From the NCBI GenBank assembly GCA_963790915.1, contig CAWBQS010000005.1, positions 87,579 to 151,578 on the forward strand: DNA of 64,000 nt, written 5' to 3'. The translations under genes were made by a program, and so were the position numbers. This stretch comes from an uncultured Chloroflexia bacterium (GTDB taxonomy: Bacteria > Chloroflexota > Limnocylindria > Limnocylindrales > CSP1-4). Position 1 is the stretch's first letter; each line of letters begins with the position of its first letter. Below the pieces are notes generated by a model that had not been told where the DNA came from, ran no database searches, and was given only the letters and a program-made list of their open reading frames with translations. Positions 21,203 to 31,416 of this stretch are shown here, piece by piece.

Positions 21203-22456
21203 CCCGGATCGCCCTCGAGGAGGCCGGCACCTGGCGCTGGTACGCCAGGACGGACTCCATCCGGGGTACCACGGAGGCCCTCTCCCGGCTCTGGGGTCGG
21301 GTGGCGACGGGCACGGACGACGCGGCGGAAGCCGTCCACAGCGAGGCCGGCGCCGCCATGGCCCGCGGCGACCCCCGCCTGGCTGGCGCCATGCCCGCCG
21401 ACGATGATGTCGTGCGTGTGCGCACCCGCACCAGCGTCCTCACGCTCGTGGCCGTGGCGCCCAGGCCGGAGCTCGTGGACCGCACGATGGCCGCCGTGGG
21501 CACCCTGGCGGCGCGGCATCCCTCCCGGGCGGTCATCCTCTCGCCCACCGACCCCGATGGCCCATCCCGCTTCGTCGCCCATGTCACCGCCTCCTGCCGA
21601 CTCCCGGAGCGGGGGCGCAGCGAGATCTGCACCGAGGAAGATCCTCATCCGTCTGGGCGGTGAGCTGGCACAGCACCTCGCCAGCACGGTGGCGCCCCTG
21701 CTCATCCATGACCTGCCCGTCGTCCTCTGGTGGCCAGATGATGTGCCCTTCGGACGGCCCGACTTCCGGGAGCTGGCCGACGAGTGTGACCGGCTCTTCA
21801 TCGACTCCGGCCACTTCCGCGGCGATGGCCTGGCACGGCTCACGAGCATGGCGGCGGCCGTGCGCGAGGGGCTCGTGGTGCACGATGTGAGCTGGATGCG
21901 ACTGATGCTCTGGCGCGAGCTGCTGGCCTCCTGCTTCGACCATCCGCTGCTCACCCGCGAGCTGCGCCAGCTGCGCACCATCCGCATCGACGTCGCCCGG
22001 CCCGGCACGGACGTGCGCCTCTCGCGCGCGGCGCTCTTCGTGGGCTGGCTCGTGTCGCGCCTGCGCCTCAGCGTCCTGGAGCCGCTCTGGCGCGGCCCGG
22101 ACGAGACCTGGAACGCCCGACTGCACTCGCGCCGGCACGACATCAACGTCGCCATCCGGCCGGTGTCCGTGGAGTACAGCGGTGCGGCCCGCTCGACCGG
22201 ATCGGTGGTGCGCGCCGAGCTCGTCGCCGAACGGCCGGACGCCAGGACGACCGTGACCATCACGCGCCAGCAGGACCACCTGCTGGCCACGGCCGACTGG
22301 AACGGCGCGCCCATCGTGCGGCGCGCCAGCCGGCTCGAGCCGTTCGACGAGGTGCCCTACCTGGCCGATTCCCTGGACCGCACCAGCCACGAACGCCTCT
22401 TCGGCCAGGCGCTCGACAAGGCCGTGGCGCTCTGCGGCGAGGGCCTCAAGGCATGA
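21187..22456 (+). CDS. opcA: Glucose-6-phosphate dehydrogenase assembly protein OpcA; apparent frameshift near 21638
   Basis: It lies between zwf and pgl with overlapping start and stop codons. VRTRTSVLTLVAVAP..., then in the next frame ILIRLGGELAQHLASTVAPLLIHDLPVVLWWPDDVPF. Removing one A in gaggaagatc joins the two parts. Confidence 0.85.
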
Positions 22457-23295
22457 TCGCGGACGCGGACCGGGTCGGCGGCCGCCGACGACGGCCAGCG
22501 CACGGCGCGAGCGACCGGGTCCCGTGGTCATCGTCTGTCGCCGATGCAGACGGCATCGCCGCGCGTGCCCTGGACCTCTGCGTGGACCGTCTGGGCGCCG
22601 CCATCCGCCAGGTCGGCGAGGGCCACCTGGCCCTGACCGGCGGCTCATCCGCGGCCGCCCTGTTCCGGCGACTGCGCGAGGGCCAGCGCAGCGGCGCCCT
22701 CGACTGGAGCCGCGTCCACGTCTGGCAGGGCGATGAGCGGTTCGTGCCGCTCGACCATCCGGACTCCAACTGGGCGGTCGCGCAGCGCGACTGGCTGAGC
22801 GACACGGTGGCGGGCGCCATCCCGGAGGAGCAGCTCCACCCGATGCCCGTCGGCGAGGCCATCACGGCCGGCCACGATGCCACGTGGGCGGCCGCCCGCT
22901 ACGCGGCCGAGCTCGAGCGCTGCCTGCCGCGCCGCTACGGGCGGCCGGCCATGGACGCCTGGCTCCTGGGCGTCGGTGGCGACGGCCACATCCTGTCGGC
23001 GTTCCCCGCCGGCGAGTGGCTACAGGATGATGGGCGCCTGGCCCTGGGTGTGCCGGCGCCCACGCACATCACGCCGCACGTGGCCCGGGTGACGCTCGCA
23101 CCGCGCCTGCTGATGGCCGCCGGCCTGCTCGTGGTCATGGCACCGGGCGCCGCCAAGTCGGCCGTCATCGCCGACTGCTTCCGTGCCGACCGGGAGCCCG
23201 CGCGCCTGCCCGCGCAGCTGGCGCTGCGCCCGAACGCCGTCTGGCTGTTGGATCGCGACAGCGCCGCTGACCTCAGGACGCGCCAAGGCCGATGA
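22453..23295 (+). CDS. pgl: 6-phosphogluconolactonase
   Basis: 280 aa with LALTGGSSAAALF, VHVWQGDERFVPLDHPDSNW, and LLGVGGDGHILSAFP. ATGA overlap with opcA. Confidence 0.85.
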   Translation: MIADADRVGGRRRRPAHGASDRVPWSSSVADADGIAARALDLCVDRLGAAIRQVGEGHLALTGGSSAAALFRRLREGQRSGALDWSRVHVWQGDERFVPLDHPDSNWAVAQRDWLSDTVAGAIPEEQLHPMPVGEAITAGHDATWAAARYAAELERCLPRRYGRPAMDAWLLGVGGDGHILSAFPAGEWLQDDGRLALGVPAPTHITPHVARVTLAPRLLMAAGLLVVMAPGAAKSAVIADCFRADREPARLPAQLALRPNAVWLLDRDSAADLRTRQGR

Positions 23296-24061
23296 GGACG
23301 ACGCCGAGCACCGCCAGCGCCACGCCCGCCACGCGCACGCGGCTGAGTCGCTCGTGGAGGAATGAGCGCGCCAGGAGCGCCGTGCCCACCGGGTAGAGCG
23401 AGGAGATGACGACCGCGACCGACAGCGTGCCCTTGGCCGTGGCGAGCAGGAAGGCCACGTTGCCGCCCAGGTCGCAGAGCCCGGTCAGCGAGCCCAGCAC
23501 GAACGCTGCGCGGCCGGGCCGCATGGCCGGCTGGCGCCCCAGGGCCGCCAGGCCCAGGAAGCCCACGCCGACGACGCTGACACCGGCCACCTTGACCATG
23601 ACCATGGGCCACCACGTGTCGCCCCCGGCGTCATGCGAGGCGTCGATAGAGACGAAGAAGGCGGCGAAGGCCAGGCCGCTGGCCACGATGAGCAGCCACT
23701 CCCGCGCCCGCGAGCCATGGTAGGTGGGCAGCACCGGTGTGCCCAGCCGCCGGTCGGGCATGGCGATGAGCACGACGGCCGCCATGGCGGCGAGCATGCC
23801 GAGTCCGATCACGGGCGTCAGCGGATCTCCGCCCAGGAGGCCCACGGTGGCCGGGATGGCGGCCGCGAGGAGCGCCGTCAGTGGCGCCACCAGGCCCATG
23901 GTGCCCCGCGACAGGGCAAGGTAGAAGAGCGCCAGGCCGATGGCGCCGGCGGCACCGGCGACCGCAGCCCAGCCGAGCGCGATCGAAGGGGGCACGGCCT
24001 CGCCCGTGATGAGCAGGGCGGCGAGCGCGACGACCAGCCCCACGCCCTGGCCAAGCAGCAC
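23273..24061 (-). CDS. EamA/DMT-family transporter (true N-terminus probably extends to about 24169)
   Basis: Multi-pass hydrophobic protein. The same frame stays open upstream and reads LSSLLGPLLALAAAVAWGAGDFAGG (a typical EamA TM1) with no ATG or GTG. A CTG at about 24169 follows GAGGAG, so this is either a non-canonical start or an indel. Confidence 0.7.
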   Translation of the reverse strand: MLLGQGVGLVVALAALLITGEAVPPSIALGWAAVAGAAGAIGLALFYLALSRGTMGLVAPLTALLAAAIPATVGLLGGDPLTPVIGLGMLAAMAAVVLIAMPDRRLGTPVLPTYHGSRAREWLLIVASGLAFAAFFVSIDASHDAGGDTWWPMVMVKVAGVSVVGVGFLGLAALGRQPAMRPGRAAFVLGSLTGLCDLGGNVAFLLATAKGTLSVAVVISSLYPVGTALLARSFLHERLSRVRVAGVALAVLGVVLIGLGAS

Positions 24062-24165
24062 CGCGAAGACGCTGCTGGCGAGCCGGGTGGTGATGCCGCC
24101 GGCGAAGTCTCCGGCCCCCCAGGCGACGGCCGCTGCGAGCGCCAGGAGCGGACCGAGCAGCGAGC

Positions 24166-26682
24166 TCAGGACGGCTCCTCGGGCGGCAGGCGGTCGAACA
24201 GCCCGCCCAGGCCCGCGGTCGTGGTCCCCGCGCCGCCTGGTTCGCGAGGATCGGCCGGGGGTCGCTCAGCCAGGCGGAACGGATCGACGACGCCGCTGAC
24301 CGGGTCGGGCGAGTCGGAAACGGCGCCGGCGGACGGCGCCGGGGGTGACCCGGCGGAGCGCGCCGCGACCGGGGCCGGCGTGACGGGCTGCGCGGCGGCG
24401 GCGGTGGTGAGGGCGGGGGCGGTGTCGGTCGTGGATGCCGTCGGTGTGGTGGGAACGGCGGTCGGGGCAGCGACGTCGGCCGGCGCGGGTTCGGTGGCAG
24501 GGCGCGGCACGGCGGCGGCGGTCACGACCGGGTCGTCGGGCAGCGGCGCGACGGCCTCGGTGCTGGGGGCCTCGAGGACGACCAGCTCGTCCGCGGCAGC
24601 GTCGAAGCGGTCGGAGCAGGTGAGCAGGATGACCTGGAAGCCCTGCTCGGCGGCCACGTCCTTGAGCAATGCCAGGGCCTGCTCGGCACGATCGGCGTCG
24701 AAGGTCACGAATGGATCGTCGAGGATGATGGGCGGCCGCCGATCCATCGTGACGAGACGCACGAGGCCGAGTCGGGCGGCCAGGAAGAGCTCATCGGCGG
24801 TGCCCCGCGAGAGCTGCCCGACGTCCACGAGGGCGCCGCTCTCCGGCGCGCGCACGCGGAACGCCAGGCTGCGCTCGTCCACGTGGACCTCACGGTAGCG
24901 GCCACCCGTGACGCGCTCGACAGCCGGGCCCATGTGCTCTTCCAGGTACCGGGCCGCCGTCTTGAGGGTCGCCCGCTCGGCCTCCACGATGGCGTGCAGG
25001 GTGGCTTCGTAGAGGACGACGCGGCCAAGCAGCTGCACCTCGCGGGCCCGGGCCGTGGCCAGCCGCTCGGCCAGGGCCGCCACCTGTTCGGCGTCGCTCC
25101 GATCGGCATCCAGACGGCCCTGCGCCTGGTCCTCCTCCGAGCGAGCCTGGTCGCGGCGCGGCGCCGTGGCATCCACGCGGCGCTGGGCAGCGCCCCGGGA
25201 TGCTGCCGGATCCCGACCCAGGTCGCCCATGGCAGCCAGGGCATGCGCGGCCCGCTCCGCCGCGGCGGCCGCCTGATCACGCTCCTGGGCCAGCCGCTGC
25301 GCGTCGCGCTCCACCACACCGAGGCCGCGCAGCTCACCTTCGGTGTGGGCCAGCTGCTCGGTCTGCTCCTCCAGTGCGGCCAGGGCGGTGCGGGCCGTCT
25401 CCACGTCCGGCATGCGCACCTCCTCGAGGAGCTGCTGCAGCTCGCGGCGGCGGCGGCGGAAGCGATCCTCCTGCTCGTGCAGCATCTCGCGGTGGCTGGC
25501 GGCCTTCTCCTCGGCCATCTCGCGCGCCAGCCCGACGTGGCGGACCCGCGTGGCCAGCAGGAAGGCCCGGGCCAGCGTGACGATGGCGACCAGTCCGCCG
25601 GCGGCCAGGGCGGCGGCGCCCATCTGTCCCGGCAGCATCGCGCCTGCCAGGGCCCCGATCACCAGGGCGGCGATGGCGACGACCAGCCAGGGACGCGGGG
25701 AGGGCGGCGCCGACAGGGCCTCATCCTGGCTGGCGATCTCCGTGTCCACGTCGAGCTCCGCCCCGGCCTCGGAGAGGTCGTCCTCGATGACGCCAGCGCG
25801 GCTGACGGCGGTGCGCAGGGCTGCCAGCGGGACCGAGGTGGGCCGGTCACGCTCGAGCTCCTCCACCTGGGCGACCAGCTCCGAGGCGCGACGGTACTGC
25901 TCGTAGCGCGCCTGGGCCGCATCGCGCTGCGCGGCGAAGTCGGCGGCCCGCGTGGCTTCCGCCAGGTCGGCCTGCAGGGTCGCGAGCTCCGCGTCCAGGG
26001 CTTCGCGGCGGGCGTGGGCGTCGGCCCACTGGGCTCGGTCGGCCTCGAGTCGGGCCAGCCCCTGCTCCTCCGCGGCGAGACTCGTCTCCAACGCGGCGAT
26101 GTCCTCGCGGATGGCCTTGAGCAGGCCCGGGTTCTTGGCGCCCTCCGTGCGGTAGCGGTGGACGGCCTGCTCCAGCTTCTTCTTGGCGCGGCCCGTACCG
26201 CGCTCCGCGCCGCTGATGGCCTTCTGAAGACGGTCGGAGATGGCCGGAGCGCCGCCCTGCAGCTCACCGAGCTCAGCGTGGCCGACGCTGGCGGTAGCCT
26301 GGTAGAAGGCGTCATCGGGGATGCCGGTCAGCTCGGCGACCTCGTCCTGGATGCGCGCCGGGTCGCGGATCATCTCGTCCTCGAAGCTCAGCAGGGCCTC
26401 CGCGCGGGGACCGCCGAAGCGCTTCACCAGCCGTCCCGGCTGGCCGTCGACCTCGAACTCCAGGGCGACCTCCGGCAGGGCGTCCGTGCCCCAGCGGTGC
26501 AGCGCCCGGACATCCTCGCGGTTCGAATCGGCCTTGCGAAAGAGGACGAGCGCGAGGGCCTCGTGGATGGTCGACTTGCCGGCCTCGTTGGGGCCGCGCA
26601 CGATGGTCAGGCCGGCAGCCGGGTGCAGGTCCAGCGAGGCGTGGCGCTTGACGTCCGTGAGGGTCAGGCGGGTGATGCGCAT
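24166..26682 (-). CDS. SMC/Rad50-fold AAA ATPase, SbcC/YhaN (SbcE)-like, with central hydrophobic hairpin
   Basis: 838 aa with N-terminal Walker A RGPNEAGKST, long coiled-coil segments, two predicted TM helices (WLVVAIAALVIGALAGAML, AALAAGGLVAIVTLARAFLLA), signature LSRGTADELFLAARL, and Walker B PPIILDDPF. The ~150-aa Pro/Ala/Thr tail is low-complexity. Confidence 0.85.
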   Translation of the reverse strand: MRITRLTLTDVKRHASLDLHPAAGLTIVRGPNEAGKSTIHEALALVLFRKADSNREDVRALHRWGTDALPEVALEFEVDGQPGRLVKRFGGPRAEALLSFEDEMIRDPARIQDEVAELTGIPDDAFYQATASVGHAELGELQGGAPAISDRLQKAISGAERGTGRAKKKLEQAVHRYRTEGAKNPGLLKAIREDIAALETSLAAEEQGLARLEADRAQWADAHARREALDAELATLQADLAEATRAADFAAQRDAAQARYEQYRRASELVAQVEELERDRPTSVPLAALRTAVSRAGVIEDDLSEAGAELDVDTEIASQDEALSAPPSPRPWLVVAIAALVIGALAGAMLPGQMGAAALAAGGLVAIVTLARAFLLATRVRHVGLAREMAEEKAASHREMLHEQEDRFRRRRRELQQLLEEVRMPDVETARTALAALEEQTEQLAHTEGELRGLGVVERDAQRLAQERDQAAAAAERAAHALAAMGDLGRDPAASRGAAQRRVDATAPRRDQARSEEDQAQGRLDADRSDAEQVAALAERLATARAREVQLLGRVVLYEATLHAIVEAERATLKTAARYLEEHMGPAVERVTGGRYREVHVDERSLAFRVRAPESGALVDVGQLSRGTADELFLAARLGLVRLVTMDRRPPIILDDPFVTFDADRAEQALALLKDVAAEQGFQVILLTCSDRFDAAADELVVLEAPSTEAVAPLPDDPVVTAAAVPRPATEPAPADVAAPTAVPTTPTASTTDTAPALTTAAAAQPVTPAPVAARSAGSPPAPSAGAVSDSPDPVSGVVDPFRLAERPPADPREPGGAGTTTAGLGGLFDRLPPEEPS

Positions 26683-26685
26683 CCG

Positions 26686-27865
26686 TCAGGCCAGCGTGAC
26701 GCGGTCGGGATCGTCGAGCAGGAGGCGGCGCCCCAGGCGCAGGACCTGCCGGGACAGCGCTGCGGCCTCGGCGTCGCCCTTGGCCTCGGCATCGGCGAGG
26801 CGCCGCTCGACGTCCGCGATGAAGCGGCCGGCGACGGTGTCGACGGGGATGGTCGGCCCGGGCGCCAGCTCCACCACGCTGCGGTCGACGACGCGCAGGT
26901 GCAGGAAGGACGGGCCGGCGACACGCTCGACCTCCTCGGGCACGATCTCCAGATCGTCGTGGGCGACGCCCACGAGTGACAGCTCCAGGACGAGGTCCGG
27001 GTCCGCCAGGTCCAGGAGGCGGCGCAGCAGCTCATCCTGGCTGGCCAGGCCAGCCGCATCCACGGGCTCGCTGCGGAACACCGTCCGACCGACGTGAACG
27101 CGCTCCAGCTGGACGCCGGCACGGGCCTCCGCAGTTTCCGAGAGATGCACGATGAGCACGTCACCGGCGCCGTCCTGGTCGACGGCCACGGGCTCCGGAG
27201 CACCCGGGTAGGCCCACGTGGTGGCGCCGGCGCGGCCGGAGAGGTAGGAGTGCCAGTGGCCCAGGGCCAGGTAGTGCAGGCCGCTGGCGGCGATCTCCTC
27301 GTCCCGGAAGAGCACGTCGTCGCGCTCCACGCGCCCGGCGATGAAGCGGGAGCCGTGGATCATCCCGACCTTCCAGCGGGCCCGCCGATCGGCGCTGACG
27401 TCGAAGCCCTCGAGCGGGCTGCGCGGGGCGCGCTTGGTGGCGAAGACGCGACCGTAGATCGCAAGGTCCAGGTCCGCCAGCAGCAGCTCCGGCCGCTCCG
27501 GGGTCAGGAGCGTGAGGAGGTCGCTGCCCGGCGGCAGGCCGGCCATGCGCGGCAGATCGAAGGCGTGATAGATCGAGCGGCTGTCGTAGACGTCGTGGGT
27601 GCCGGGGATGAGGACGACGCGGATGCCCGCGTCCATGAGACGGCGCAGCTCGGCGATGGCGCGCTCCACGGTGCGCTGCGGCTGGGCGTTCGAAATCGAA
27701 GAGGTCGCCGCAGATGAGGGCCGCGTCGACGGGCTGGCGGAGGCCCACGTCGACCGCACGCGCGAAGGCCGCCATCTGGCGCTCGCGCTGCTGCACGGCG
27801 GCCTCGCCCATGTCGGCATGGCGGGCGCCCAGGTGCACGTCGGCGAGGTGCAGGAGCACCGGCAT
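26686..27865 (-). CDS. Metallophosphoesterase, SbcD/YhaO (SbcF)-like nuclease subunit; apparent frameshift near 27694
   Basis: ATG 27865 after GGGGAGGG. MPVLLHLADVHLGA...ALICGDLFD, then in the next frame SNAQPQRTVERAIAELRRLMDAGIRVVLIPGTHD...GHWH. Removing one T from gatttcgaa joins the two frames. The stop lies 4 nt before the ATPase gene. Confidence 0.85.
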
Positions 27866-28104
27866 GCGTGGCCCTCCCCTCTGCCTGGCGCGCGGCGGCG
27901 CGGCGGCGGGCCAGCGACGACCTGACCCTGCCCGGCCATTGTGCCACCCTCGCCCGCCGAAACGGAGTGGCTCGCCCGTACGGGACGGGCTCCGGACCAT
28001 CCCGGCCCTACCATCGCCCTCCTCGCCGCGCTCGGGGCGATCCGCGGGGGGTCGCCGGGGGCCGTGCGAACCGCCACACTGTGCGCGTGCGCGTGGAGCG
28101 TGGC

Positions 28105-28350
28105 CGACGGCGCGGGGATGCGTGGTGCCGCGACGGCGATGGGGGGCGCGGGCGCCGACGGCACCGCCAGGCGCCGGGGATGCGTGGTCGACCGCGCGAT
28201 GGGGGGCGCACGGGCGCGCCGACGGCCGAGCGGACCGCCAGGGGCCGGGGATGCGTGGTCGACCGCGCGATCGGAGGCGCACGGGGGCCGCCGACGGCCG
28301 ACGGACCGCCAGGGGCCGGGGATGCGTGGTCGACCGCGCGATCGGGGGCG
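28105..28350. repeat. Tandem repeat array B (3 full units plus one degenerate unit, 71-bp period), same family as array A in inverted orientation
   Basis: ggggatgcgtggtcgaccgcgcgat occurs three times, with GTCGAC at about 28187, 28258 and 28329. A degenerate copy sits near 28120. Confidence 0.85.
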
Positions 28351-28544
28351 TCGTTGCCGGTTCCCGGGGTCCGGTGTACGCTGCGCCAGCAGACACCGGT
28401 GCGCCCACCAGACGGGATCACAGGGACAGGACGGTACAGATGGCGCCCGGCAACCCGACGCTCATCGCCCCCCTGATTCCTGCTGCCTGACGGACGCACA
28501 TCGGCCTGCAACGGTTCGCCATCGCGCCCCCAGGAGGTCCACCG

Positions 28545-28910
28545 GTGTCCTACACGGATCGAACCCTCACATGCGTCGACTGCGGCGTGGAGTTCATCCA
28601 CTCGGCAGCTGACCAGGAGTTCTACGCGGAGAAGGGGTTCGTCTCTGATCCGAAGCGTTGCCCCAGCTGTCGTGCCTCGCGCCGCTCGATGCGCGATACC
28701 AATGGCTACGACTCCCGGGAGATCGGCGGGCCGCGCGGCTACGAGCGTGGCGACTATCGCTCCCCGCGCGAATACTTCGCGGTCATCTGCTCGGAGTGCG
28801 GCAACGCCGCGCAGGTGCCCTTCAAGCCGCGCATGGACAAGCCCGTCTACTGCTCCGACTGCTTCCGTCTCGTGCAGGCCCGCTCGGGGAGCGACGCCGC
28901 GCGCGCCTGA
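28545..28910 (+). CDS. CxxC-x17-CxxC zinc-ribbon domain protein (two ribbons joined by an Arg/Gly/Tyr-rich linker)
   Basis: GTG start after AGGAGG. CVDCGVEFIHSAADQEFYAEKGFVSDPKRCPSCR and CSECGNAAQVPFKPRMDKPVYCSDCF. Confidence 0.8.
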   Translation: MSYTDRTLTCVDCGVEFIHSAADQEFYAEKGFVSDPKRCPSCRASRRSMRDTNGYDSREIGGPRGYERGDYRSPREYFAVICSECGNAAQVPFKPRMDKPVYCSDCFRLVQARSGSDAARA

Positions 28911-29233
28911 CCCCTCCGCTCCGACCCAGGAACCGTCGGCGGCCCGCCTCACGCGACGCTCGGAAGCCCCGTGAGGCGCCTCCGTCCGTGGCCGCGCGGA
29001 CGGCCTTCGGCTGCCGCTGCCCCGTGGCGCAGACCCTCGGCGCTGCTGATCCGCGGCGGACGCCCGTCGATGTGCCAGGGCCCTGGCACAGACGGCCCCA
29101 AGTGCGCTGCCGACCCGCGTGGCGGCGGCTCCACGACGGCGTCCCAGAGTAGACTCGGGCGCAGGCCGACCGACCTGAGGCGCGCCTCCCGGAGGCGCGG
29201 CGAAACCCGGGCTCGACGCAGGAGGGGCTCCCG

Positions 29234-30817
29234 ATGACCGACAGCGCTGCGACACCACGCATGAAGATCACCTACGCGACGCTGCGGGCAGACAACGAGG
29301 ATCTGCACGCTGCCTTCGAGGCCGGCGTCGTGGCGGCGCGCGCCCGCCTGGGCCGCTCCTGGCCCAACGTCATCGGCGGCCAGGGGCGTGGCGCCGAGAC
29401 CGAGTTCGAGGTGCGCTCCCCCATCGACACGGACATCGTGGTGGGGCGCTTCGCCCGGGGCACCCGCGCCGATATGCGTGACGCCATCGACGCCGCACGG
29501 GCCGCCCAGCCGGCCTGGCAGGCCCTGGGCTGGGAGCGCCGCATCGAGATCCTCCGCGCCGCCGCGGAGCTCATCAGCAGCCGACTCATGGAGTACGGCG
29601 CGCTGATGTCGATCGAAGTCGGCAAGAACCGCATGGAGTCCCTGGGTGAGGTCGAGGAGAGCGCCGACCTGCTGCGCTACTACTCGCAGACCGCCATCGA
29701 CAACGACTTCTACCAGCGACCCATGGGCAACCTTGGAGACCCGGCCACGCACACCCGCTCGGTGTTGCGACCGCACGGCGTCTTCGGCGTCATCTCGCCC
29801 TTCAACTTCCCGATGGCCCTGGCCGCCGGCCCCACCGCCGCGGCCATGCTGGCCGGCGACACCTGCATCCTCAAGCCCGCCAGCGCCGGCGCCATGAGTG
29901 CCGTGCTCCTCGTGGAGGCCTATCGCGACGCCGGAGTCCCCGATGGCGTGGTGAACCTCGTCATGGGCCCTGGCTCGGAGGTCGGCGCGGAGCTCGTCGC
30001 CAGCGAGGCCATCGACGGCATCGTCTTCACGGGGTCCTACGAGGTCGGCATGGGCCTCCAGCGCGGCTTCACGCGCCAGTACCCGCGGCCCTGCATCGTC
30101 GAGATGGGCGGCAAGAACCCGGCCATCGTCATGGCCTCCGCCGATCTGGACGAGGCGGCCGAGGGCATCATGCGCTCCGCCTTCGGCTTCGGCGGCCAGA
30201 AGTGCTCGGCCAACAGCCGCGTCTACGTGGAACGCCCGGTCCACGACGACCTGGTGCGCCGACTGGTGGAGAAGACGGAGGCCATCACCATCGGCGATCC
30301 GCTCCTGCGCGGCAACTGGCTGGGCCCCCTCACCGACCAGGCGGCCGTGGACCGCTATCTCGACGCCGTGGCCGAGGCCCGTCGCGACGGCACCGTCTTC
30401 TGCGGCGGGGAACGTCTCACGGAGGGCGCGATGGCCCGCGGCTTCTACGTGGAACCGGCCATCGTCGGCAGCCTCCGCGCCGACCACCGGCTCTTCCGCG
30501 ACGAGCTCTTCGCGCCCTTCACCGCCGTCCACCCCGTGGACTCCCTCGATGAGGCTCTGCGCCTCTCCAATGAAAGCATCTACGGTCTGACCGCCGGCAT
30601 CTACAGCGCCGACCAGGACGAGGTGGAGCGCTTCCTCGAGGGCATCGAAGCCGGCTGCCTGTACGTCAACCGACGGGCCGGTGCGACCACCGGCGCCTGG
30701 CCGGGCGTGCAGCCCTTCGGCGGCTGGAAGGGCTCCGGCTCGACCGGAAAGGCCGCCCTAGGACCCTGGTACGTGGCCCAGTTCCTGCGCGAGCAGAGTC
30801 ACACCATCGTGGACTGA
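29234..30817 (+). CDS. pruA: Aldehyde dehydrogenase, L-glutamate gamma-semialdehyde (1-pyrroline-5-carboxylate) dehydrogenase type
   Basis: 527 aa with FNFP, VEMGGKNP, FGFGGQKCSANSR, and the C-terminal GVQPFGGWKGSGSTGKA typical of P5C dehydrogenases. Confidence 0.85.
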   Translation: MTDSAATPRMKITYATLRADNEDLHAAFEAGVVAARARLGRSWPNVIGGQGRGAETEFEVRSPIDTDIVVGRFARGTRADMRDAIDAARAAQPAWQALGWERRIEILRAAAELISSRLMEYGALMSIEVGKNRMESLGEVEESADLLRYYSQTAIDNDFYQRPMGNLGDPATHTRSVLRPHGVFGVISPFNFPMALAAGPTAAAMLAGDTCILKPASAGAMSAVLLVEAYRDAGVPDGVVNLVMGPGSEVGAELVASEAIDGIVFTGSYEVGMGLQRGFTRQYPRPCIVEMGGKNPAIVMASADLDEAAEGIMRSAFGFGGQKCSANSRVYVERPVHDDLVRRLVEKTEAITIGDPLLRGNWLGPLTDQAAVDRYLDAVAEARRDGTVFCGGERLTEGAMARGFYVEPAIVGSLRADHRLFRDELFAPFTAVHPVDSLDEALRLSNESIYGLTAGIYSADQDEVERFLEGIEAGCLYVNRRAGATTGAWPGVQPFGGWKGSGSTGKAALGPWYVAQFLREQSHTIVD

Positions 30818-30933
30818 AGCGCCGACCGCACGTCCCCGGTCCGGGCACGGCGGTCGGTCAGCCGGGGGTCGGCACAGACGGCCGTGCAAGGATCAGGCCT
30901 CCTCGGGCGTTCTATCAGTAGCAGGAGGTGCTG

Positions 30934-31416
30934 ATGGAGTCCGTGGTCACGATGAGCCGTCTGGCGCCTTCGTTCGAGGCGACGATGGCTCCCCACTACG
31001 AAGGTCTGCTGCGCCGGTTGACGTTCATCGTCGGCGACCCCGAGGATGCCCGCGACCTCGCCCAGAGCGCTTACCTGCGGGCCTTCGAAGCCTGGTCGCG
31101 GTTCGACGGTCAGAACCCCCGCGCATGGCTCTACACGATCGGCATCAACCTGGCCATCCGGGAGCTTCGCAGGCGCAAGGTGCGGCTCCGTCGCTCTGCG
31201 CCGCCGGACGCCACCTGGGCGCTCGATGTGGACCCCGACCTATGGCAGGCCATCGCGGAACTGGACGCCCGACATCGGGCAGCACTCCTGCTCAACGTGC
31301 TGGACGGCTACACCCAGGCAGAGGTCGCGCAGGTGCTGGGTGTTCCCCCGGGAACCGTGGCGAGCTGGCTCTACCGGGCCAAGGCGCGCATCCGCGAACG
31401 ATTGGGTGAGGTGTGA
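30934..31416 (+). CDS. ECF-type RNA polymerase sigma factor
   Basis: ATG 30934 lies 5 nt after AGGAGG; the track ORF begins at the GTG inside the SD sequence. Region 2: DLAQSAYLRAFEAWSRFDGQNPRAWLYTIGINLAIRELRRR. Region 4: GYTQAEVAQVLGVPPGTVASWLYRAKARIRERL. Confidence 0.85.
   Translation: MESVVTMSRLAPSFEATMAPHYEGLLRRLTFIVGDPEDARDLAQSAYLRAFEAWSRFDGQNPRAWLYTIGINLAIRELRRRKVRLRRSAPPDATWALDVDPDLWQAIAELDARHRAALLLNVLDGYTQAEVAQVLGVPPGTVASWLYRAKARIRERLGEV

Noticed and set aside
27161-28612. ORFs of 200-415 aa crossing repeat array B (27161..28408, 27714..28490, 27868..28476, 27941..28612), and the analogous ORFs over arrays A and D.
   Set aside because: Several frames are open at once across the arrays only because the repeats are GC-rich and lack stop codons. 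The peptides are periodic low-complexity sequence, such as RAVDHA or STARSR.
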